A stretch of DNA of 64,000 bases from Schmidtea polychroa. Taxonomy: Eukaryota. Made by a program: the position numbers and the translations under genes. Shown here one piece after another: positions 14,790-29,678 of this stretch. Every line of letters begins with the position of its first letter. Position 1 is the first letter of the stretch. The stretch covers positions 10,294,001-10,358,000 of the forward strand of contig CM097885.1 of NCBI GenBank assembly GCA_044892525.1, in the 5' to 3' direction. Below the pieces are notes generated by a model. It was not told where the DNA came from. It did not search any database and saw nothing but the letters and a program-made list of their open reading frames with translations.

Positions 14790-16560
14790 AAGTTGTTATA
14801 TTACGTATGTCTTTAAAACCTGCAGCAAACTCTGATTTTATTATTTTCAAAGACTGTTCGCAAAGGTCATTTTTAACCAAAAATGGTGGTTTCAGTGTTT
14901 AACAGTTCTAGAAAGTGTATAAAATTTGACTGTTTCATTTGAGTGATGTTAATAAGTCTAGATTCAAACCCATTTACCTCCTTCATCATTGTTGACAATA
15001 TTTGATTTTGACCTTGAAATTTTATATTGAGCTTGCTAATATGATCCGTAATGTACGTTAGAAATGCCAGTTCTGCAATAAAAACAGGATTTTTAAGATG
15101 ATTTAACAATTCTACTTTGGATTTCATTCCTAGAAAATGTTTAATTTCATGCACCAAATTCCAAAATCATGTAAGCCAGCGAACATCTATATGTACAACT
15201 AAATCGTACTCTTCTAACACCAGAATAGTATGTAAGGACTCCAACCCACTTTCGAGGTCATCTCAATGTCCAGATCAAATATAGGTCAATTGAATCATTT
15301 TATTTTTTTTTAAAATTTTATTTAATTACTTCTATTTAATTTTTAATCTTATTAATTTAATTTTATTTTATTATGTTTTAATTTTAATTACTTAATTTAG
15401 TTAATTTTTAATTTATTACATTTAATTAATTTTTTTAGGTTTATCTCTTAATAAATTTTAATTATTATTAATATTATTATTATATTTATTTATTAATATT
15501 TTATTATTATTATTACTTCTTTTTATTATTATTATTATCTTACATTTACATTTAATATATTATAACAATAATATTTGAATTTTTACAAAATTTTAATTAG
15601 TAATTATTAGAATTATTATAAAATAAAGCTGTGTTAATTTTAAATAGAAAGGGCATTAATTTTTCAGAAAAAAAGTAATAATAATAATAAAATATTAATA
15701 AATAAATATAATAATAATATTAATAATAATTTAAATTTATTAAGAGATAAACCAAAACAAAATTAATTAAATAACGTAAGTAATTAAAATAAAATATTAA
15801 TAAAATAACTAATTAAATGTAATAAATAAAAAATTAACTTAAGTAAGTAATTAAAATTAGAACATAATAAAATAATTAATTAATAAAATTAAAAATTAAA
15901 TAGAAGTAATTAAATAAAATTTAAAAAAAAAATAAAATTATTCAATTGACCTAAATTTGATCTGGACATTGGGATGACCTTGAAAGTGTGTTGGAGTCCT
16001 TACATCATACTACTCACCAGCTTGAATTACTGGTGATTTAATAGATTTGCATAAATGAAGTTTACAATCTTTACAATCATGTTCAATATATTTTTAAATT
16101 CATTAATTTTCAGTTTAGAAAGAAGTGCTTGTTGGTGAATAATACAACGATAATCTTGGAAGTCTGGAAAATCTAAAACCGATGTGCTGTATCTCCATTA
16201 TATCTCCACCTCTTGTATTGTTCATGAATAAGAGTGCCAACAAATAAAGCAATACTAGTTTAAGTATATTGTTCAATTCCTATTGCTACAGTTTGACGAA
16301 ATAACTGAAGATCGCTTGTCTACTTCTTGATTTCATTTTTATTCTTAAACTCAGCAAACAACGAATCTGCACATTCTTGAAAACACAATTTTACCCTTTC
16401 ACTATTTGAATACGGTTTTTGTTATTCTGCAGCACAACGACTTGAATTTAAATAACACTGAAAAGGGTTTTTTGGTCTTGTTATCATATATGCCTGTATT
16501 TTATTTGGAGCAGTTGACTATGTTGTGGGTATTCACGGAGTTTTGATGTACATAAGCAAG
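14790..16560 (-). mobile_element. Degenerate hAT (SPIN/Charlie-like) transposase, interrupted by the 15224-16014 insertion
   Basis: RCIIHQQALL, DLVVHIDVRWLT and ELAFLTYITDHISKLNIKFQG motifs; the frame rejoins (FKLV|LEEYDL) when the insert and one TSD are removed. Confidence 0.85.
15224..16014. mobile_element. Non-autonomous foldback element with Polinton/Maverick-type ends
   Basis: Long imperfect inverted arms; termini AATAGTATGTAAGG / CCTTACATCATACTACT (revcomp AGTAGT...); 6-bp TSD CACCAG at 15218-15223 and 16015-16020. Confidence 0.75.
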
Positions 16561-16939
16561 TTCTGAACACAAAACATTAGTGATGTTTATGTCGGACGTC
16601 CTCAATTCGTTTTCATTTTTGCTTTATTTATTTTATACAAAACAAATAATTAATTTTGACACAAAAAACATCACACCACTCAACAGGATAATAATTGAGG
16701 GTTTCACACTTGGCACTATGACAGTGCACTTTTATGTCGTAAAGTTTCTCATGCTATCTTTCTAAGCATAACAAATTTGGAATAATCTGTTTGAATAAGA
16801 TCGAAATGTTTATGTGCGACTAATTTATGTTGCATCCTTTATAATTGCATCCTTTATAATCCTTTATAATTGATGGCTTGCTCACAGGAAACCCAGTGAT
16901 TTACGTAAAGGAATTGAAAGGCGCTTAAATTTAAAAGTA

Positions 16940-17693
16940 CACCAATCCCTCGAATTACGCGGTACCCATTTCACGCGGTTTCACTTTTACGCGGTCAAAA
17001 AAATAATATTTTTTTAATGAAATCAAACATATTTGGTGCCAAGTGTCTCTCAAATGCATATATTGCATAGGATTACTCACATTTCAACGACCAGACGTCT
17101 GTAACTTACTCCATTATGCGTGCAGTACGTCAAATATTGTCACTCACGATTATATAAGCCTAGAAAAATTTCACTATCTTAAATTGTGTGAAATATATAG
17201 AATTAGCAATTAAAGAAATTAAAGCGTCAACCTTAAATGTTTGTTGGAGAGAGCTATATGGCCAGAAGTAGTTGAACCTAATCATACAATTCCAGCAAGG
17301 AATGAAACATTTAACGACATCTTAAATGTAAAAAAAACGTTAGGACAAGGTTTTGAAAATTTATAATTCAGTGACACCGATGAATTTTTTATTGAAAAGA
17401 AGAATTGATTTATATGGTGTCAAGAAACGAACAAGAGAATGTTGAAAGTAGCGATGATAGTGATATTACTAATAAACCAAATAAATTTACGTGTAAAGAC
17501 ATTTCTGAAATTTTACAATTGGCCAGTAACTTAGAAAATAAAATTTTGGCCACTCATCCTAATATTGACCGTCCTGTTAAAGATTTTTATTTTCTGGAGT
17601 TTTATTTTATTGAAGTTTCGATTTTTTTACGCGGTTTCGATTTGCACGTTAGTTTCTTGTAACGTATCTACCGCGTAAATCGAGGGATTGGTG
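16940..17693 (+). mobile_element. Tigger/pogo-like internally deleted DNA transposon
   Basis: TIRs CACCAATCCCTCGA(A/T)TTACGCGGT, TA TSD, internal residue AIKEIKASTLNVCWREL. Confidence 0.85.
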
Positions 17694-17706
17694 TATTAAT
17701 AGTCTG

Positions 17707-17835
<129 letters not shown>

Positions 17836-18366
17836 AGAACCTTTTCAATTTTCACCACTGATTTCTATTAACTAATATTGTATTTATTACAACGCTTGAG
17901 TATGAATCAGTAAAGATATCGATGTTATTTTGATATTCACAAATTTTCGGCACTGCCGTTTTCAATGTATGCACAAAAATTTAAAAAATGACTATTTATT
18001 AATTTAATTTACATTAAAGTAATTTTGGTATGCCACTTCAAATCACTTCGCGGCCCGCGTGTTGGACAATACTGGTCTAAAATTTTCAATTATATTTTGT
18101 TTCTTTGCTAATCTTTAAGTGCGAAATTTTGACATAGATACAAGCATGAATTTTCTGAGTCGTTAAAACTTATTGGAATTTTTGAACTCGTATCCGTTTT
18201 CGAATTTTATTTTCGAATCTTAATCAAAAATAAAGCTATGATTAATTATTTTATTCCGATATTATTTCTTTTATCCCTTTTGTTTTTTATATCAGTTTTA
18301 TTTGAAAATGAATGCTGACCGCATAATTAAAATTTCTAATTGATGATTTATTTATAAACAATTTAT

Positions 18367-18776
18367 TTATACACAACTTATACACAATTTATACACAATT
18401 TATACACAATTTTTTACACAATTTATACACAATTTATACACAATTTATACACAATTTATACACAATTTATACACAATTTATACACAATTTATACACAATT
18501 TATACACAATTTATACACAATTTATACACAATTTATACACAATTTATATACAATTTATACACAATTTATACACAATTTATACACAATTTATATACAATTT
18601 ATATACAATTTATACACAATTTATACACAATTTATACACAATTTATAAACCATTTATACACAATTTATATACAATTTATACACAATTTATACACAATTTA
18701 TACACAATTTATACACAATTTATATACAATTTATACACAATTTCTACACAATTTATACACAATTTATACACAATTT
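18367..18776. repeat. 11-bp minisatellite (TTTATACACAA)n
   Basis: Over 30 tandem units with single-base variants. Confidence 0.95.
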
Positions 18777-18926
18777 TTAAATACAAAAATGTTACAATAA
18801 AATTTAAATTTTATTTTCCATGAAATTGTTCGAAACAAGAATCAACTAAATAAGTTACAAAAATATACAGACCACCTGGAAAATTTTGCAGATAGATGGC
18901 GTGTGGATAATAGTTTGTATATAGGA

Positions 18927-18994
<68 letters not shown>

Positions 18995-19989
18995 CGCTTT
19001 ATTCATAATTTCCGTGCTGGAAAACGGTCTTGCTGCGGTTCACAGAAGGATTGATTACTCTAAGTTTCTACTAAATTCATATATAAGAATAATGGCTAAA
19101 TCGTAATCTTTGACTATCTTTTCATAGTCCAATAAACTGTTTCATTATTAATCATGAACAACATAAATATTGTTAATTAATTAAAAAAAAAATTCAATTT
19201 TGTCGACCCCCAGTTATGCATTTTTCATAGAAATCCGTACGCGTTATTTTGTTTATTTCATAGCGGTCACATTCCATGTCATTTTTTCAAATTCTAATTT
19301 TTCCTAATTCTCTTCTAATTCCATTTTTAATTATTTCAACTCATTTCAATGAGCACAACATTAAAAAAAATTTCACAAAGAAATTGTATATATTGTATTA
19401 TTTATAATAAATTTTTTTAGTTATTATTATGTAGAATTTAAATTTTGCATGTTGAATTAAAAATACAAATTGAAAAGTTAAGTTCAAGGTTCAAATGATT
19501 AATTAATATTATTTTACTAAATTAAACGGGACAATAATGTTATGATTTCGGATCCATTTTATTTATGTTTATTTACCTATTGGTATTGTTTTAACTTGCT
19601 ATTCTGTTTGATTAAATTGAACAAATAACAAATCTAAACGTATAAAATTTAAGCAAAGTACAGAAAATAATTAAAATCCAAATATTCAATGAATTATTAA
19701 TGATTCAACCACTTTATCAATACTGTACAGGAACACCATACGTATCAGTTCCTTGATGGTCGTAAATTGGCCACAAAGGGTTCCTTTAATATCCTGAAGA
19801 CAAATTAGATAAAACTTCCAATTAAAAATAAGTATATCAATTTATTTACACTTGAAAAGATTTCTCAATTTTTAAGGGAAACCAATTATTAAATGATACT
19901 CTTAATTTTCACCTCTTTTGTACATATTTTACAATAAAAATAATGACAATAATAATAATGAAAATAGTAATAATAATAATAATATTATT

Positions 19990-20031
<42 letters not shown>

Positions 20032-20491
20032 TGTGAAATGTTTTCAGTTGAGAATTAAATATTTCAATGATTTATTAAGATAATTTTAAATGATTTAAAA
20101 TTTTAAAATTGAAAAATTAAATAAGCTTTTTAAAAGAAGTTTTTCAAGTAAATAATTTTTAAATAAATATATTTTAAATATCGAAATTTTAATAAATGGT
20201 TTTGAAAATATTTTATTCAACGTTGAAAATTTGTTTGAAAATTATGCAATATTTCATTAAATAAATTATGATGTTATGAATTATGACGTTATCTTTTGAA
20301 CCTGATTTAAAAATTAATTTTGAAGATGCGTTAGCAGCTTCTAATAATAATAATATAAGAACTTCTTCCATTTTCACCACTGATTTCTTTTCCATTCACA
20401 TTTATTTATTAAAAACTTGACTATGAATCAGTAAGTATATCGATGTTTTTTGTATCTTTACGGATTAATAGTCAAGTTTTTAAATAAATTC

Positions 20492-20558
<67 letters not shown>

Positions 20559-21418
20559 GTAATAATAATAATTTAATTAATTATAATTTAATTATAAGAA
20601 AGCGCCTCCTTAACTTTGGCTTTACGATATTTTATAATAATATATAATAATATCCATTTTTATTTCTGCTGTTCATTTCCTAATTCCAACGAAATTTATT
20701 TCAAAAATCTAAATAATATAAAAAGCTGGAAATTAGATAATCATACATTAGCTAACCTTAAAAGAGTGTATGTAAAGAGTATATGTAAAGATAATAATTA
20801 TAAAAGAATGCATAATCAAGATTTCTATTATATGCAAATCTTTAATTAAAATTTTTTTAATTTCTATGATTTTAGTTTCAATATTTTAAGTTTTTCAATT
20901 AATGTTTCTGAAATTAAAATTATTTCGTTTTATCAGATCCAAAGTAAATATAAAGTAATATAAAGATAAAATTAAAATAAAACAATATTAAATTTCAATG
21001 TCACACTAATAGATGAAAGTTATTATAAAGGTTTTCCTAGATAACCTCAATGAAACTGCTTTATATTCGTTAATTCGTTTTTATTTCTGTTAAAATAGAG
21101 GGAAATTAACTTCCTTCTTTACAATTTTGCCAAGTTATTTATTTTATGATGAAAATATTAAAAGTTAAAATTTTATATTGTTGAATATTTTCGAAAAGAT
21201 GAGGAAGGGGAATACGGAAATTATCTGGAGAGTATTTGACATTCTAGTTAATGGAGTTGACAAAATATTTATAGCTCTTGACAAATTGTTGATCCTGAGT
21301 TATTAGATAATTATAATTCTTGGATTTTTGTTATTGTAAAATTTATTTACTAAAATACCAAGTTATCACAAACCAGGGGCAGGCAAATGGCCATTCAATT
21401 AAACATTCAATTTGCTTA

Positions 21419-21982
21419 CTATACCATACTATTATATATATATAAGGGTGTTTGAATAAGTTCAAGAAATGGTATAACAATTTTATTCTCCTCCAAAGGG
21501 GCACGTGGATCAGTTTTGAATAATAACCGTTTGTCCATTTCAATATCATAAGATAATGCCATCATTGAACAACCTAGTGGTCGCATCTCAGCCGATTGGG
21601 AATAGAGTTGATCAATATCCGCAATAGAAGAACATATTATATCCCAAGGCATTTCATGTCCAATTTTGGATTCAAATCGAGCTGCTTCCACTTGTGCACG
21701 ATAAACTTGAGATCGACAATCAGGGATCATACCAATCATAACACCTCCAGTACTTTCAGTAATATTAAACAATCTTGTAGCTGAACTCGTCTCAATCATT
21801 TTATCGGGAACTTTTCCTTTTGCATATCTATCGATTTCATTAAGCCAATTTTTAACATTGTTAAACGAATCTTGATCGGTAACATCAAACACAACAATAA
21901 TTCCATGAGCTCCTCTGTAATAAGACGAGGTTATAGTTCTAAATCTTGCTTGATCTGCTGTATCCCATATTCGCAATTTCAT
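21419..21982 (-). pseudogene. Intronless chimeric ORF: Rab1 fragment fused in frame to a proteasome alpha-6 (PSMA6-type) fragment
   Basis: aa1-54 [53 protein letters not shown] is Rab1; aa57-159 KVPDK...[14 protein letters not shown]...[19 protein letters not shown]...FKTDP is PSMA6-like. Confidence 0.9.
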
Positions 21983-22329
21983 TGTATCACAAAAAACTTC
22001 CCACTTCCAGAATTCTATCGATTCAAAAATTCCACCCAGAAAAACCAGAAATCAAATCAAATCTAATCAATAAATCACATTATAAATCTACTTCTCGCGT
22101 CTGTGTGCGCACACCAACAAGAATCGGTCGAACCAGACCGCGCACACAGACGCGATAGAAAAAACGCTAAACGAACTGCCAGTCAGAGGCAATCCCCCTC
22201 TGACTGGTCGAAACAGTGTTTATAAAGTAATTTCGATATTTCCCGACAAAGGACCTAATTGTATTTTTTCACAGACAATTTCATACTTAAGCCATATAAT
22301 CATTATATATTTTGACAGGAGATCGTATT

Positions 22330-23610
22330 CTAAAACCTCTGCTGATAAATAAATCACTTAAGCCACGAAGGTTAATAAAAAGACGTAAGTTACTTCATCC
22401 GTTTTCAGTGAGTGGTTCAATAATTGTTTTGTTCCAGAGGTAAAAGGTCTATATGAAGGATAAAGACATGATATTTAAAATTCCTTGGGTTATAGACAAC
22501 GCTTCTTGTCACCCAGTTTTGGAGCATTCTAATGTAAAAAATAGTTTTTGCCTCCTAATACTACTGCGCTTATTCAATCATTGGACCAATGTATAATTAC
22601 GACGTTTAATCTGTATCACAAAGAATTCTTTTCAATACATTTTGAATAAAATGGATACTGATGTAAACCTTAATTTTATCGACGCTTGGAAAAAACTTTC
22701 AATATTGCATTGTGTGAAACATGCTGGCGTAGCCTTATCCGAAATACGACCATCGACCTTGAATGCCTGTTGGCAAGCTATTTGGCCGCAATGTGTTAAA
22801 AACAAAAATTCTACCGTCACATCAAATACGACAGACGAAGTGTGTAATGAAATAATCACTTTGGCACCAGCTGTTGTAGGTGAAGGTTTTTATAGTTTCA
22901 CCATTAATGACATAAACGAAATGGCTGTTGATAGAATCCTTAACGAAGACGAGTTACTAGATATTGCATCGGATAACGAAGACACTGATCTACAAAATAG
23001 AAATGATGAGGGCGAACAATGCTCATTAACAGCTAATTCAATTCTTGAAGGCAGATCATTTTCTAACTAATGATCATATAATCGAACGAGCTGCGAAATT
23101 TCAATCTGATATGAAATTTTGTATGGGTCGCTACAAGGAGCTGTTCAAAGAACTGCTCAGACTAAGAGCACAACCAAAAATTACTGAATTTGCTATTAAA
23201 ATAAGTAACCCTGTGCGTGAAACTGTCTCTGATAATCTATTAGCAGTAAAATATTTTAAGTCAACGCAAAAAAGAGAATGTGGCTACTATCTGAAACTGA
23301 CTCCGAATAAAAATAACATTAAATACAATATAAATGTTCGTGAATATAAATGTGATTTTTAAAATCTTTTTTAAAATATGTAATAAAAATTTTATAGCTA
23401 TATAATATAATAGCTAGATAATATTAGATTAATAAAATATGTATGGATATATGTACTAAACTACAAAACTTGATTTTGATTCTTTCATTATTAATTTTTG
23501 AAGGAGTTTTTATTTATGGAACCGATCTCTTGTTTTTATACTACTGTGTGTCTTTTTTTACAGTGTTTCGTGGAATGTATCTACCGTGTAAAAACAAGAT
23601 TGGGTAATGT
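22330..23610 (+). mobile_element. Degenerate Tigger/pogo (DDE_1) transposase
   Basis: FSEWFNNCFVPEV, IDNASCHP, FLPPNTTALIQSLDQ and LNACWQAIWPQCV motifs with frameshifts. Confidence 0.85.
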
Positions 23611-24865
23611 TAATGTTTTAGGTATAATTTTTTAATGCAATTATAAATTACACTAATTAACTCAATTCGAGCAACGTCCACCGAGATCCAACAAAAGGAT
23701 CTATATAGCAATTCTTAATAGTAATAATTTACTACAGAGAATTGAAAATTTAAAAAAATAAAAAATCAATAAAAAAGAAATTGGAAATTAAAAATTATTA
23801 TCTCTAATTAACAAATACTTACAAATCCCACTAAATTCGAAACAGAAGAAAGAAAAGAAAATTTAAGAAAGAAAATTATTCCAAAATAATTCTATTCCTA
23901 TCCAGTTTAATTCTCCAAAAGTTCCATTTCTATTTAACTTAATTTCCTGAAAATATTATATTTTTAACTTTTATCAACGAGACTATCAAAATTCTCAACT
24001 TCCCAAACTCAGAGTAAATTGAAAATACAAGTTATCACGAAAAAAAGTAGAACGAAAATCTGAAAACATCCATCCTTTGCATTTGACGAATTTGGCAATT
24101 GAATTCGAGATATATATTAAAGGTTTTTCATATTATTATTTTGTAAATAAAAGTTTGAAGTTACATAATTGTTGTTGTTGGTTTATTATTATTTATATTG
24201 TAGCCGCACTACATAAATTCACCCCAGCTCTCCCAAAACAGTTCATTTACTGGTGACTCGACTGGGTACTACAATATTTATTAACAAACACGCACCTACA
24301 AACATAAATACAATAAACACCAACTATATAAACGTACGAACATATTATACCCATAACACACATTGCTTACTTACATGATGTATGTTTTATGCGTATTTAT
24401 GTTGCTTATAACTTAATACTCTTCGACTAGAATGATTCATCATTATTATTTTTCAATAAATATTATGAATCAAACAAGTTTATTTAACAAATAAATTGTT
24501 TTAACATTATTTATACATGGATTGATTTCATCAAACGTCTAAGGGTCCTATATTCATCCTATTGACTAGTCCTAGCACAGAACTAAATTAATGTCAAAAT
24601 CCAGCCTCACGCGGCTGAGAAAACCATCTACAAAAAATGTTTAATCTTGAATTGCAAAACATCATTTTAATATTCATATAAAATATTTTTATAAATTATT
24701 ATTAAAATTTATTTCAGATAACAAATATCAAATTTTAAATAGAGAGGGACACAAAGTTTTCAACAGTATTTTTAAAATTAATCTCAGCGGAAATAGTTAG
24801 GAAGGCAGCCAGATAAATGTGGCCTGCATCTTACAAATATTGCTCTCCCTTGGCCTAGTGGAAAT

Positions 24866-24919
<54 letters not shown>

Positions 24920-25033
24920 CAGATTCGTATAAATTTGTCGGCTAGGAATGAAACTATCCAGCTATCTAATGTTAAATTGTGCGTAATAAGTTTATCATGC
25001 AATATTAGTATGTTAATTGCTTATCTGAGAAAG

Positions 25034-25096
<63 letters not shown>

Positions 25097-25370
25097 TAAC
25101 ATAATTATTATGGGTTTCGGTAAATATTCTATGAAAAAATGAATGATTATTACAAAAGTCGATTCCAAAAATTTTAATAAATCACTGAGAAAATTTTATT
25201 TGAATCAAATTAGGAATTATTTTTATTTATTTATTTCAATTTCAAATTTAACAATATATATAATTAATTTGAAAGATTTACAAAGCAAAACAATATGCAA
25301 TAGATGACATACCCACCTACAATTGAGGGGTATTACGTAATGCTAGTTTCTTTAATATTTCCCATTAAAT

Positions 25371-25576
25371 CAGGGGTTCTTAACCTTTTCAAACTTATGG
25401 ACCCCATAAATATATAATTGGTACCGACGGACCCTTGAAATGTTAAAAAATTAATAAATTGATAGTAAAACATACATTTTTTAATAATTATTTATAAATC
25501 TGTTTTTTCAGCTTCAAACAAAAATAATAAAAAATTTTTGTAAATAGTTCCGCGGACCACAGGTTAAGAACCACTG
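25371..25576. mobile_element. hAT-type MITE
   Basis: TIRs CAGGGGTTCTTAACC / GGTTAAGAACCACTG; perfect 8-bp TSD CATTAAAT. Confidence 0.9.
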
Positions 25577-26789
25577 CATTAAATAGTAATAATAAGAAAT
25601 ATGGTGAATAATAAATTAAAATCAAGTGTAACCCCCCAAGTGAAAGAAAATCTTAAATCTAAGAATTATTCTATATTTGAGAATTTTTGAAAATAGAAAA
25701 TTATTTCCAAGTTTCAGTTGTATTGGATCAAACCTTGGATGCTCATCAGATAATTTTTATTCTCCTAGAATATGTCTTTTATTTATTATTAACGTATATA
25801 GAATCTTTTATCATTTTCATCATTGATCGATTTCCAATTTCTTTTATCATAAATTATTGATCTGTAGTCAGAAAAGAAATAAAGATAAAAGGATATATTA
25901 ATTTCTATTTAAAAAAAAATGGTTTTGTAGATTAGACCGCAATTTAAATTTACAAACAAAAACTCAAATCATTCACTAAACTTTCATGGATGTAAAAATA
26001 ATCCATTTCCAACAAACCTTTTTAATTAACCTATTTATTTCTAAAAAACTCAATTAAAATTTATAAATAATAAATAAAAATATGTTATTTTTCACAATTA
26101 ACATAATCTGTAATTACAACCGTCAATAGTGGAAATATGTAATACAAATATGTAATATTCTTCATTTTTCGTTCACATTTGTTATGTTTTTTTTTGATAA
26201 AAAATAAAATTTATTAAATAAACCAGTAACGAAAATTTATGTTACATAGGAAAATCACTTTTTGATCTAGTCATAATAAGAGTAAATTAAATATATAAAA
26301 ACTTTTTTTTCAAATTTTACCACTGATTTCTTTTTAGGTGACATTGTATTTATAAAAAAAATTAACGATACATACAGTCAAAATTCGATTTAAGCAACTA
26401 TGTAAAAACATTTTGATTCTAAAAGTTGCTTATTTCGAAATAGTTGTTTAAATCGAGAAAAGATAGGTATTTTTGTAAAATGTTATTGTAATTGGTTGGA
26501 AGGTTATTTAATAATGATTTTATTAAAAAGGAAATACTTTGGGGACAACGTTAGCCATAAATTCACTCTCGTGACGAGAGGTCTTACATTTCTACACTCT
26601 AATAATAGCATTCAAACTACATCAATAGATTTTTGGTGAGTGTATGTTATGAAGAGAAAATTATAAATTAGTTTAATATAAAAATTGTTTTAATTTATTT
26701 GAAATTAATATAATAAATAAGAACACAACTAAAAAATGTAACTCAACATAATTATAATATTAACATAACATAAAAGTATAATAGGTTAA

Positions 26790-27011
26790 CCCTTTCATTC
26801 GGGAATTAATTCTGTGGGTAAATTAATTATCTAGACCATCAAACCTAGTAAGGGGACTCAAATTATGCAAAAATATAAAAAAATAATAAATGTACTAGAA
26901 CAAATTTCAATTTTCTTAAAAAGTACTTCTCACATTATATTTTCGAAAGGTACAACAGATATTCATTACACAAAACTGTGTACAATATATTGTACACTCC
27001 GTATAAAAGGG
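26790..27011. mobile_element. piggyBac-type MITE
   Basis: CCCTTTCATTCGG / CCGTATAAAAGGG termini flanked by TTAA. Confidence 0.7.
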
Positions 27012-27246
27012 TTAAATCATTTAAGTAACCTAACACTGTTATAGATTCTATAAGACAACACTGTTCACATTGAGAATCCATGTTTGAGAATTTCCGGATG
27101 TGACTTCAACAGCTTGTGCAAATCGGATAGATAATATTAATAGTGCGAGTAAGAATGATCAGCCTAACTTTGTGTTGGCATTTATGCACTCTTAAGGTTT
27201 TACAGATTGTAAGAGGAAAAGAAGCTGGACAATTTAAATCATAAGA

Positions 27247-27520
27247 TTGTTTCTAATTATCCGGTTGGATTGTGTATCGAATCTCGTTTATCAATTTTCA
27301 TGTAATGGGTGTAATGCCACATATATTGGAGAAATTTCCTATCATTTATGTATTAGGGTTCTTGAACATTATCAATCGAAAAGATTGACATATATTAATG
27401 AACACAATAAAGTCTATAGAAGTAGAATATGTATGTCTGATTTTAAAATTTTATTTAAAATTTTTAATAAATATAGAACGAGCGATATATAAAGTGTTGT
27501 TAATAAAATCATTAAAAATT
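27247..27520 (+). mobile_element. Penelope-like element fragment (GIY-YIG endonuclease)
   Basis: NLVYQFSCNGCNATYIGE...LCIRVLEH motif; frameshifted ERAIYKVLLIKSL tail. Confidence 0.85.
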
Positions 27521-28182
27521 AAAATACATAAGTAAATTAAAAAATTAAATTAAAATAAAATTATAATAAAATATATTTTAGGAATTTTGAAATGGATTTA
27601 TTAAAAATAATCTAAATTGAAAAATAATTGATTAAATAAACTAAATTAAAAACATTTTTAAAAATTAATAAAATTTGAGTAAAATAATAATTAATAAAAT
27701 GATATTTAAAATGATAAAAGTTTTACATCATTTCTTTATATACGTAGAAAAGCAGTTACATTAAAATTTGAAAAGATTTGTGTCGTTGCTGAAAGTTTTA
27801 TGTATCATATTTATTATTTCAATGAATTTTGAAAAAATTCAATGAGAAATTTACAATTTAAACAAAATGCTTTTAATGGGTTATTTGAAATTATCTATTT
27901 AATTTTGTTTGTTTGCTTATGTCAGTTTAGTTGCAGTCGAATTATTTAGAAACTTGAATTGTTAGGGTTCCATTAAATGAATTTTATCTAATGTTTGTTA
28001 AAAACAATTCAAAAAATAAAATATAAACTATAAAAATCCCATTAATTTATTGATAAAATCATTTTTTTAATCTATATTTTATAAAAAATAAAAATATTAG
28101 TTATAAAAGTATTTAAAAATATATATTCAAAATAAAGTGGCGATAAAATTATCTTCATATTAATAAAGAAATAAAAGATGAG

Positions 28183-28618
<436 letters not shown>

Positions 28619-29678
28619 TTATATTATAATATATTACACAATTCATTTTATTTAGATCTATCGTATTCAAGATTCCTTTCAACTCCAACAAGGAAATTGA
28701 GCCATATATATACTGGAAAACATATATATCCCGTAATCCACGATACCAACCAGATCCAATGTATATTCGGTTCATGTCTCAACTTGACCCCTCTCAATCG
28801 TCCATTATCGAAATTTGTGGGTCTGATAACCAAAGATTTTTGGAGTGTCGTGCATATAATATTGCGGTAAAATTATCAGTTATATATTTTCAGTCATATA
28901 AAATCACTCAACACAAATGATGACCTTTGATCTGAAAAATCAAAATTCACATTTAAGATAAAAAAAAACTTTGAAAAAAAATTTGTAAATTAATTCGGAT
29001 AAATTATGGGAGATTGTCTCAGTAAATATTCTCTGTTAGTTGAATCGCATTTCGTTTTTAATTAATATGAATAAAAGGAAAAAAAATTTATCGTAGTAGT
29101 TAGAATCTTTTTTTATCAAAATCTTCCTTGACAGGCGTGCAAATGAAATTATTAATTTTTTTTCTAAAACCCGTCTCTGGATATTCATTCATTCAACAAT
29201 TCTCTTTGGTTACGATAGAATATTTTACGATTCGACAGAGTTCATTGAGAGATTCATTGAAAAATCTGAAATTTTTCTCATTGTCATTCTAACGCTTTAA
29301 AGAAAAGTTGAAATTATTTTTACTAAATATTTCATGAGTGTTTTGAAGTTTTACTATTCCTGAGCTCTACAAGACTTGAAATATGTTTTTGGGAATTATT
29401 TAAATGATTTCCCGAAGAAATTTATTATTATTTTCCTAGAAAGCTTTCTCCATATTTTCATTTACAAGATACTTTTATTCAAATCTTTAACCTTGAAAAT
29501 TGTCCCGTAAGAGTAAATAATACCTAGGAACAACCTTCAAGAATTATTAATAATATTATTAAGCCAAAGGAAACATGCTCCCTAGTTTATTTACCAACAA
29601 ATCCTATTAAAAGCATGTAAAAATTCTAATTAAGAAGGTGTAATGAGCCAAGTTCTCCTCAAGTCTATTAGTGGAAAA

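Noticed and set aside
18367..18776. CRISPR-like array
   Set aside because: Contiguous 11-bp units with no unique spacers, in a eukaryotic context
19560..19800. Exon-like segment on the minus strand (also 28640-28870, 50390-50440 and 57985-58130)
   Set aside because: Splice-like boundaries or coding-like composition, but in-frame stops and no recognisable family
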